In this document: piece after piece, positions 56,573 through 64,000 of the stretch
Layout: each line of letters begins with the position of its first letter
Position numbering within the stretch: position 1 is the first letter of the stretch
Assembly: GCA_963674735.2 (NCBI GenBank)
Contig: CAXXQS010000003.1
Span: forward strand, 132,174-196,173
Reading direction: 5' to 3'
DNA from: Myxococcota bacterium
GTDB taxonomy: Bacteria; Myxococcota_A; SURF-8
DNA length: 64,000 bases
Program-made: the position numbers and the translations under genes
Notes under the pieces: generated by a model
Told to the model about the DNA's origin: nothing
What the model saw: only the letters and a program-made list of their open reading frames with translations
The model's database searches: none

Positions 56573-56941
56573 TTATGTTTTTTTAAGGAATTCGGATATT
56601 TGTCGCACAAATGTCATGCGATCGACCAGGCCGGTTTGAAGCTCCGCGAGTGCCACGGCTTCGGATGCGGAAATGATGTCGTTCTGACGCTGGGTGAAGT
56701 CGCGTTCGATGTCGCTGGGTGCCCAGTAGCAGTAATCGACGAATACCTGCGATTCGTTCTTCCCCGAGAGGATGTCCTGGCGGTATTTTTCGTGGGTGCG
56801 CTCGCTTTTTTGGCTGGCGCTGATGGTGGAAGGGTTGGTTTGCGGCGCAGACGAACAGGCACTCAGCAGAGAAAAGACGATAGCCAGACAAAACAACATC
56901 TCAAGCCGGTAAAAGGCCTTACGCAGGGTGAGATCGAACAT
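56573..56941 (-). CDS. small lipoprotein, unknown function
   Basis: ATG at 56941 gives MFDLTLRKAFYRLEMLFCLAIVFSLLSAC with the lipobox 'LLSAC'. It lies 62 nt upstream of the TPR gene. Confidence 0.6.
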   Translation of the reverse strand: MFDLTLRKAFYRLEMLFCLAIVFSLLSACSSAPQTNPSTISASQKSERTHEKYRQDILSGKNESQVFVDYCYWAPSDIERDFTQRQNDIISASEAVALAELQTGLVDRMTFVRQISEFLKKT

Positions 56942-57070
56942 GTTGTCGCTCCATTTAGCACGGGAATCGAATTTAAGGGTAAAACTCAACGGGGATGGTA
57001 ATCCAGAAGTGAGCGGAATGGCAAGTTTTCAGCTACTTTTCAAGGAAAAATTTTATTTGCTGCCGATATG

Positions 57071-57240
57071 AGGGTGCATCACAGGATGGTGCCATTTCCG
57101 AGCGCTCCTCCCGAGTGATGCCGTAGGGCATTGTATCGAGGGATCGGGTCTGAAGACCGCGTGGTTCGATACAATTTGCTTCGCAAATCACTCACCATGA
57201 GCGGTTTTCACGATCAATCGCGATGTTTTGTGATGCACCC
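57071..57240. mobile_element. MITE-like non-autonomous element, copy B (170 bp)
   Basis: It has the same 12-bp TIRs as copy A. A perfect 8-bp duplication CCGATATG flanks it at 57063-57070 and 57241-57248. It differs from copy A by about 10 substitutions, one 12-nt indel and one 1-nt indel (manual alignment). Confidence 0.75.
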
Positions 57241-57398
57241 CCGATATGCCGGGGAGCGCTCATAAAGGTTGGTGTTAAAAAAAAGAATGTGATAAAATTA
57301 TTTTTCGAGGTTGAGTGAAACGACTGCCACGACTTGGCCCGGATAAAAGCGGAAGATCGGTCCGTTCGGACTGTTGGGCGATGACACAGGAGGTTGCT

Positions 57399-59522
57399 GT
57401 GATTTCAAGAAGTAACGTGAAGAATTTTGGTTGGCTGGCTGTGCTTATGCTCGGTTTGCTGGCGATAGCCTTGACTGCCTGTTCGGGCGACTCGGAAGCG
57501 GAACCCGGTGATGGCGATGTGAGCAGCACGCCTTGTACCGTGGATGCCGATTGTCCCGCCGACCAGGTGTGCGGCGTCAACAACTATTGTGTCGATTACG
57601 TTCCTCCGACCGACGGCGATGGCGATACGGAAAGCCCCGACGGCGACACGCCGACCGATGGCGACGGTACGGTTCTGGTCGGTTGCCCGGAGACGATCAA
57701 TTTCGGCGCGGTCCAGGTTGGGGAGAGTGTGACGCAGGCGGTTACGGTCGGCAGCACGGGCACGCTTCCCCTTGAAATCCGCACGGCCGAGTTCGCTTTT
57801 GTCAACGAGGATTTCGAGATTCTGGATACCTTCGATTTCCCGCTCGATGTGTCTCCCGGTACCACCTGGACGGTAAACGTACGGTTTACTCCGTCGAGCA
57901 ACTATTCGGCCAATCAGCCGCTGCAGATCGTCAGCAATGCCGAAAACGAGCCCCTGTGTACGGTGCTCCTGCAGTCGGAACTCAAGGGCACCTCGGTGCT
58001 GACCCTGGATCCCGATGAAGTGGGCTTCGGCAACGTGCGAGTCGGCGATCCGGCCAGCAACCAGATTATCCTGATCTGCAATGAAGGCGACGGCAACAAG
58101 GCCATCCAGATTCCGGGGATCGGCTTCAAATATCCGAGCTCCGTGCCCCATTTCGATTTCATTACCGATCCGTTGCCCGATCCCAACGATCCCTGGTTGA
58201 TTCGGGTGGACTCCTGCATGGAGCTCGAAGTGGCCTATCAGCCTACCGAAGCCACGACATGGCCGGAATTACACGAGAATGCGATTATCATCCAGCACAA
58301 CGCCGATACGGAACCGGACGACGTGAAGGACGGCCGGGCCGAAATCTATCTGTCGGGCTCCGCCGATCAGGATTCGGTGCGGATCGATCCCAACCCGGTG
58401 CAGTTCGGCACCGTGGTCATCGGCGACACGGTCACCAGCGGTCAGAGCGGCGCCACCGGCTACGATCCGCCGCCGGCCATCGTGATCCAGAACCAAACCG
58501 GTCGAGACGTGGAAGTGCAGGACATCATCCGCTCGGGCAATCACTGCGAAGAGTTCGAGATCCTTTTCGGCGATTCGAATCCGCCTTTTACCTTGGTCAA
58601 AGATGAAGAACTGGAAGCCATTCAGGTGAGCTATTCGCCGGTCAATTCGGGACCGGACGAATATTGCGATTTCAAGGTGATCTACCAGCAGGGCGATCGC
58701 CAGGGAACCTCGACCACCCGCTTGAAAGGAACAGGGCGACCCGAGAACATTCCGCCTGTAGCGCGGATTTCCAATGTGAATCGCCAGGAAATCACCCAGC
58801 CGATCTATGTCGCGGCGGGCGCCACCGAAAATCAACGTCGGTTCACGTTCTACGGCGACACCTCCTACGACGAGGACGACGGGACGCCTTTGCGCTACAT
58901 CTGGAGCTTGGATAAGCCGAGTTCCAGCAATGCAAGCTTGCAACCGCCGCCTACTGAAGACAGCATTTCGGTGACGGTTACGGTGGATTGGGCGGGTGCG
59001 TACAACGTCAACCTGAAAGTGAAAGACACGGACAACGTCGAAAGCACTACCAAAAGCGTGTTTCTCAACTATCAGGAACAGGAAAACATCCGCATCGACA
59101 TGACCTTCACCGGCGGCGGCACCATGAACGTCAATCTGGAGTGGGTGACCCCCAACGGCACCAAATGCTCGGATGAAACCATGTCGTCGCAGCGCTCCTG
59201 CATCATGGGCGGCGATTACGGGGTGGCTTATGTTTCCAACTACACCAGCCAGTACGATAACGGCAGCCAGGAAACCATTACGCATCCGAATTCACCGGAT
59301 GGAGCCTATACGATTCGGGCGTTCTTCGATGAGGATTGCGCCGGTTGGAATCTCGATTGGATTTGCCTCGACCGTCGCAGCTCGGATGTGACCGTGAAAA
59401 TTTACATCAATGGCGAAGTCGAGTACCGCTGGATTCGCAATGCCCACCTGTCGGACCAGGGCAACTTTGCCGAATGGCAGATCAACAAAGCGAGTGGAAC
59501 TTGGAGCGAGCCCACTCCTTAA
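57399..59522 (+). CDS. large surface lipoprotein with choice-of-anchor-D/ASH-like Ig repeats, PKD-like region and C-terminal beta-sandwich
   Basis: GTG at 57399 lies 5 nt after the SD 'aggagg'. Lipobox 'ALTAC', acidic DGD linkers, the module 'CTVDADCPADQVCGVNNYC', and repeated 'xFGxVxVGxxxxxxxxxxNxG' units (INFGAVQVGESVTQAVTVGSTG; VGFGNVRVGDPASN; VQFGTVVIGD). Confidence 0.8.
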   Translation: MISRSNVKNFGWLAVLMLGLLAIALTACSGDSEAEPGDGDVSSTPCTVDADCPADQVCGVNNYCVDYVPPTDGDGDTESPDGDTPTDGDGTVLVGCPETINFGAVQVGESVTQAVTVGSTGTLPLEIRTAEFAFVNEDFEILDTFDFPLDVSPGTTWTVNVRFTPSSNYSANQPLQIVSNAENEPLCTVLLQSELKGTSVLTLDPDEVGFGNVRVGDPASNQIILICNEGDGNKAIQIPGIGFKYPSSVPHFDFITDPLPDPNDPWLIRVDSCMELEVAYQPTEATTWPELHENAIIIQHNADTEPDDVKDGRAEIYLSGSADQDSVRIDPNPVQFGTVVIGDTVTSGQSGATGYDPPPAIVIQNQTGRDVEVQDIIRSGNHCEEFEILFGDSNPPFTLVKDEELEAIQVSYSPVNSGPDEYCDFKVIYQQGDRQGTSTTRLKGTGRPENIPPVARISNVNRQEITQPIYVAAGATENQRRFTFYGDTSYDEDDGTPLRYIWSLDKPSSSNASLQPPPTEDSISVTVTVDWAGAYNVNLKVKDTDNVESTTKSVFLNYQEQENIRIDMTFTGGGTMNVNLEWVTPNGTKCSDETMSSQRSCIMGGDYGVAYVSNYTSQYDNGSQETITHPNSPDGAYTIRAFFDEDCAGWNLDWICLDRRSSDVTVKIYINGEVEYRWIRNAHLSDQGNFAEWQINKASGTWSEPTP

Positions 59523-59606
59523 CCGGCGGCTCGGCAAGCTTTTGAACATCTCGACGATGTGACCCATGCGCCGGGGGTGTCTCCCGGACGCCGGAAGGAC
59601 CGGAAC

Positions 59607-61835
59607 ATGCGACGCGTTTCTCTCTGTATCTCGGTACAGCTGTTCGTTGGATATTTATGTTTGATCGCCTTTTTCGGGTGCTCCTCCGGTCCAGCCACGG
59701 CGGATGGATGCCAGACGGATGCCGATTGCGTCGACAAGGGCGACGGCTACGTGTGCGACAGCGATAGCGGCTTGTGTGTTTCGAACGACTCGGACGGCGA
59801 CACGAGCGATCCGGACGGCGACGATTCCGGTGACGGCGACCGCGACGATCCGGACGGCGACCAAGATTCCGATGGCGATGTCGATGATCCGGACGGAGAC
59901 CGCGACATCGTCGGTGGCGACCCGCGCCTGACCGTCGATCCGCGCCTCGATATTTCGGCGGAAATCGGCGTGCAACAGACGGCGGATATTCAGTTGTCCA
60001 ACGCCGGTGACGGGCGCTTGGAGATTACGTCGGTGACGCTGGAAAACGCCGACCCGGGTTTCGAGTTGCTCTATCTGCCCGCCTTTCCTCTCGGTATCTC
60101 TCCGCAAACCACCTCCGATATCACGGTTGCCTACACGGCTGAAAACAGCCAGGAGGCGGAAGCGACGGTGGTTATCGTCTCCAACGACCCGCTGCTGCCG
60201 AGTGTATCGGTCAGCGTTTTGGCGGCCGAAGTGGGGTATCCCACAATCGTGGTTTCGCCCCTGCAGGCCAATTTCGGAACGGTTGCAACTCTCGAAGGGG
60301 AGGAAAGCGTCACCCTCAGCATTCAAAATTATCCGACCGATCGCGATACGACGGCGGCGCTGATTATCGACGACGCGGCTTTCGATCCCCCCGATACCCC
60401 GCATTTTTCGCTGGCCGACGCTTTCGAGCCCATGGCCGTGATTCCCTTCGGCGAACAGATTCTGGATATTGTCTGCCATCCGCAGGAAGACGGCGAACAG
60501 ACGGCGGAGCTTCTGCTCTCGCACAACGATCCGGCTGCCGCCAATCCGCTCCGTTTGTTCATGCGCTGCATCGGTGGACAGATCAAGCTGGATGTTCAGC
60601 CCGAGGAAGTCGATTTCGGATCCGTGACCGTCGGGAGCCAGGAGGCGGCGCGTGTGACCTTGACCAACATCGGCAATCTGTCGGTGGAACTGTATTCCAT
60701 TAGTCTGAAAACGGGCGCCCACTCGTCCCTTTCCATCGTGAGCGCCCCGGTTGCCGGGACGATCGTCAGCGTGGCCAGCAGCAAAGAAATTTTGCTGGCT
60801 TACAAACCCACCTTAACCGGAGTTCACTCCGCCGTCCTGGTGGTCGAGAGCAACGATATCACACAGCCCTTGCGCGAAATTCCGTTGACCGGCAAAGGCA
60901 TCGTGAGCCGTCTGCAGGTTTCGCCCGCCCAGCACAATTTCGGTTCGGTGATGGTCGGCCAACAAGAGGAATTATCGGTACAGCTCGCCAACATCGGCGA
61001 GGCGTCCATTACCGTTTCCGGTATCGATAATCAAAACGGCAACGGCGATTATTCGTGGGCGCAGCAGCCTTTCCCGACCGATCTCGCGGTGGGGGATACG
61101 CTCGACCTGCTCCTGCGTTACCAACCGGGTAGCGCTGCACGCGACGACGAAGTTTTCCTGTTCGATATCGGTGAGGCCGGGGACATCCCGTCGTTGACGA
61201 TCTTCGCCCAGGGGGCGCGTCCCGAGATCCGGCTGTCCATGTTGGATGGTTCCGCCTTCACCGGCAATATCAATTTCGGGATCGTGCGCGCCGGGGAACG
61301 GGCGGAAGTGGGGATGTACATTCGCAATAACGGCAACTTCCCGCTGATCATCGATGAAGTCGCCCTCAACGATACGGCTTCTCCCTTCATCTTCACCGAA
61401 CCGGAAGTCTTTCCGGAAGTGCCGGGCGGCGGGCAGGTGATTCTCACCTTCGTGTTCGAGCCGGACGCCAGCGCCTCTCAGGAATATGCCCTGGCGACGA
61501 TTCTCTCGAACGACCCGACTTACAATGCCATTAGCATTGCTTTGGCCGGAACCGCCGTGGCTCCACGGGCGGAAGTGCTGCCCGAAACCTCGGCGGAAGC
61601 TCCCTTGGATGTGGGTGCCGTTGCGCTGGATGCGGAATGGGGACCGGAGATTCTCACACTCGACAACGTGGGCGTGGGGACACTATCTGTGGACGCCCTT
61701 TCTTTCAGTGCGGAGTCCAGCCCGGCCTGGCGACTCGGTTCGTCCACCTTGCCTTTGCCGGGCGATTTGCCTGCTTCGGGCGATCCGGTGGAAGTCGAAG
61801 TCTTCTTCAAGCCCGAGACCGCCGGAAACCCATGA
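59607..61835 (+). CDS. giant choice-of-anchor-D repeat lipoprotein, N-terminal frame-intact part (terminated prematurely by a frameshift)
   Basis: ATG at 59607, lipobox 'AFFGC', 'CQTDADCVDKGDGYVCDSDSGLC', and a long DGD-rich linker. There are six or more Ig-like repeats (VDFGSVTVGSQEAARVTLTNIGN, HNFGSVMVGQQEELSVQLANIGE, INFGIVRAGERAEVGMYIRNNGN). The stop at 61833-61835 falls in the middle of a repeat. Confidence 0.75.
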   Translation: MRRVSLCISVQLFVGYLCLIAFFGCSSGPATADGCQTDADCVDKGDGYVCDSDSGLCVSNDSDGDTSDPDGDDSGDGDRDDPDGDQDSDGDVDDPDGDRDIVGGDPRLTVDPRLDISAEIGVQQTADIQLSNAGDGRLEITSVTLENADPGFELLYLPAFPLGISPQTTSDITVAYTAENSQEAEATVVIVSNDPLLPSVSVSVLAAEVGYPTIVVSPLQANFGTVATLEGEESVTLSIQNYPTDRDTTAALIIDDAAFDPPDTPHFSLADAFEPMAVIPFGEQILDIVCHPQEDGEQTAELLLSHNDPAAANPLRLFMRCIGGQIKLDVQPEEVDFGSVTVGSQEAARVTLTNIGNLSVELYSISLKTGAHSSLSIVSAPVAGTIVSVASSKEILLAYKPTLTGVHSAVLVVESNDITQPLREIPLTGKGIVSRLQVSPAQHNFGSVMVGQQEELSVQLANIGEASITVSGIDNQNGNGDYSWAQQPFPTDLAVGDTLDLLLRYQPGSAARDDEVFLFDIGEAGDIPSLTIFAQGARPEIRLSMLDGSAFTGNINFGIVRAGERAEVGMYIRNNGNFPLIIDEVALNDTASPFIFTEPEVFPEVPGGGQVILTFVFEPDASASQEYALATILSNDPTYNAISIALAGTAVAPRAEVLPETSAEAPLDVGAVALDAEWGPEILTLDNVGVGTLSVDALSFSAESSPAWRLGSSTLPLPGDLPASGDPVEVEVFFKPETAGNP

Positions 61836-64000
61836 TGCCGTGCTGCGTTTCGAAACCGACGACTACCTCAGTCCCGTGCACGCCGTCCTATCTCACCGGC
61901 GACGGCTTTGCCTGCGCGGACGGAACCTGGAACGCCGACGACAATCCGCGTGACTGCGAATATGATTGCGTTTTACAAAACGGCGGTCAGGAGCTGTGCA
62001 ACGGTCAGGATGACGACTGCGACAACCAGATCGACGAAGATTTCGGACTCGACGGCGTGTGCAATCCGGGCGGGATCTGTCCGGTCGGCGTGTGGGAATG
62101 CAACCCACTCGACGCAAACGGTGTAATCTGCTCCACCGGTGCGGGGGGCTCGGCCGATGCTTCGCAGCCCGAAAGCTGCAACGGATTGGACGACGATTGC
62201 GATGGACTGACCGACCACGGCGAGGATCTGTGCGCGCCGCGCGACCATGCCGACGCTTACTGCGTGGCGCGTGAATGTGTCTACGTTTGCAAAGACACTT
62301 ACCACGCCTGCGGCGATGTCTGCAGCCCGGACGACGAAGTGGCCACGTGTGGCTCGCGCTGCACGCCGTGTAGCGAACCCGCACACGCCGTGGCCTCCTG
62401 TGAATTCAGCGGCAGCGTTTTCTATTGCTCTTTTACCTGCGAGGATCCTTACGTCCGTTTGAAACGATCAATGCGTGATTCCCGGCGAGCCCGACGACTG
62501 CGGCCCGGCGCATCTCAATTGTCTCGCGGGAGGAACGCCGGCCCATTCCGAATGGGTTTGCGTAAACGACGGCGGTGCGTACGCCTGTGCGCTGACCTGC
62601 GATCCCGGTTATCATCTCGACGATCTCGAAGAAGCCTGCGTCACCAATGAATCCGGCCAGTGTTGCGGCCTCGATTGCATTGTGTGTCCCGCTCCCGAGC
62701 ACGCCGAGGCCGATTGTGTGGGCGGTGTTTGCGTGTACGACTGTCTGACCGGTTATCACGAATGTTCGGGAGCCTGTGTGGACGGACACGAGCGTGTTGA
62801 GCTGCGGCTCGAATTGCTCTCCTTGTCCTTCTCCCGAGAACGCCGAAGCCATCTGCAATGCCGGGCAATGCGACTTCGTCTGTGCGGCCGACTATCACGA
62901 TTGCAACGGGAAACTGCGTGAACGACGATAATGTGAACCACTGCGGCGATCTCTGCACGCCCTGTCCGGGTGTCGCCAACGCGCAGACCACCTGCGAGAG
63001 CGGTCAATGCGGCTTTTCCTGCAACAGCACGTTCCACGCCTGCGACGACCAATGCGTCAGCAACTACGGCGTTGACCATTGTGGAAGCAGCTGTACCCCC
63101 TGCGAAGCGCCGGAACATGCCACGGCTGCGTGCATCAATCAGGCCTGCACCTTCTTCTGCGTCAGCGGTTTTCATCGTTGCGGCGATGTCTGTGTTTCCA
63201 ATTACGAAACCGATACCTGCGGCGACAGTTGCACGCCCCTGTGCTCCGCGAGAGCATGCCGTGATGGATTGCAATGGTGTTTCGTGCACCTATTCGTGCT
63301 TCGAGAACTACCACGAATGTGGTGATGCCTGCGTATCCGACTCCGCAGTCGAAACCTGTGGGGACAATTGTGCGCCTTGTCCTGAAAAAGCCGGAATGGA
63401 CGTGGATTGCGACGGCGTTTCGTGCGTTTACACCTGTAGCGACGGCTATTACGACCTGGACGACGATCTCCAGAACGGCTGCGAGTATGCCTGCTCGTTC
63501 ATCTCCGCCGACGATGAACCCGACCTGGAGGGCATCGACAGCAATTGCGACGGTGTGGATGGCCGGGTGGAAGCCTTGATTTTCGTTTCCGTCAATTATG
63601 GTTTCGCCGGAGCGCCCGGCACCTGGCAAACAGCCGATGGACAGTATCGAAGACGGTCTTGCGGCGGCGAATGCGGCCAAACCCGAAAAAAAAGCCTGAT
63701 CGTTTCGCAAGGAACATACACGGAGATTTTCACGCTTCCATCCGGGGTATCCATGTATGGCGGCTACGACGACAGCTATAGTGAACCGGGCTGGAGCCGT
63801 CCTCCCGAAGCCGAGACGTCGCTGTTCGGCAATATCAATTACGGAACGACTATCGAGAATATCTCGACGCCCACCTTAATTCAGAAGTTTACGTTCTACA
63901 ATCAGGTCTCCGCTCTGAGTGTCGGTATGTCGAGTTATGGACTGGTGATCAAAAATTGCAGCGCCGATTTGGTGATCGAGTACTGCGAGATCGTGGCCCA
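61831..64000 (+). pseudogene. continuation of the 59607 gene in shifting frames: rest of the Ig repeat, MopE-like CNGxDDDCD motifs, six or more Cys-rich 'HxCxxxCV..CGxxCxPC' repeats, beta-helix-like C-terminal part (runs off window end)
   Basis: Reading 61831-61890 (frame 1), 61892-62461 (frame 2), 62463-62783 (frame 0), 62785-62913 (frame 1), 62915-63238 (frame 2) and 63240-64000 (frame 0) gives a stop-free, perfectly periodic protein. No segment has its own start, SD or signal peptide. Confidence 0.65.

Noticed and set aside
61637-63325. Treating the ORFs 61637-62650, 62475-62921 and 62858-63325 as three independent Cys-rich genes
   Set aside because: Their listed starts fall inside repeat units. 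None has an SD or signal peptide. Each begins exactly where the previous frame loses the repeat periodicity, so a single frameshifted gene explains all of them.

Overview
High-GC bacterial chromosomal segment, gene-dense, and mostly core or peripheral metabolism. All homology calls come from reading the supplied translations; no database search was run.

Genes in window order:
- Response-regulator 5' end.
- Minus-strand operon: DUF6788-like protein, ABC ATPase, FtsX-type permease carrying a His-rich loop, and a spermidine-synthase-like protein.
- GIY-YIG protein and a polyprenol/DAG-kinase-like membrane protein.
- Cys-rich lipoprotein.
- TetR-headed leucine/isovalerate-type (liu-like) cluster: acyl-CoA dehydrogenase (ACAD), ACAD-like partner, carboxyltransferase, biotin carboxylase, separate BCCP, enoyl-CoA hydratase, BKACE and amidohydrolase.
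- Beta-propeller glycosidase.
- Minus-strand operon of FadL-like outer-membrane barrel, Cys-rich lipoprotein and GH31.
- Sugar/cyclitol-type cluster: two Gfo/Idh/MocA oxidoreductases, split transketolase, MmsA-type aldehyde dehydrogenase, RpiB-like isomerase, IolD-like TPP enzyme and GH36.
- Alpha/beta hydrolase and a secreted protein.
- Low-GC orphan lipoprotein.
- sdhCDAB.
- Serine-hydrolase lipoprotein.
- Three tandem proteins made of a cNMP-binding domain only.
- coaE, an SDR and a MaoC dehydratase pair.
- ThiF/MoeB, an ADP-forming acyl-CoA synthetase, and a TPR protein with a lipoprotein.
- Two giant choice-of-anchor-D-like surface lipoproteins.

Most interesting accessory signals:
1. A roughly 1.75 kb low-GC cassette encodes a tripartite toxin / HTH antitoxin / SecB-like chaperone (TAC-type) module with its own promoter and operator.
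2. Two copies of a ~170-183 bp MITE-like element have 12-bp terminal inverted repeats and perfect 8-bp target-site duplications. Both sit in divergent promoter regions upstream of secreted lipoprotein genes.
3. The second giant surface-protein gene is broken by six single-base insertions, all +1, within 1.4 kb. Removing them restores a perfectly periodic Cys-repeat protein.

No rRNA, tRNA or CRISPR array was recognised.
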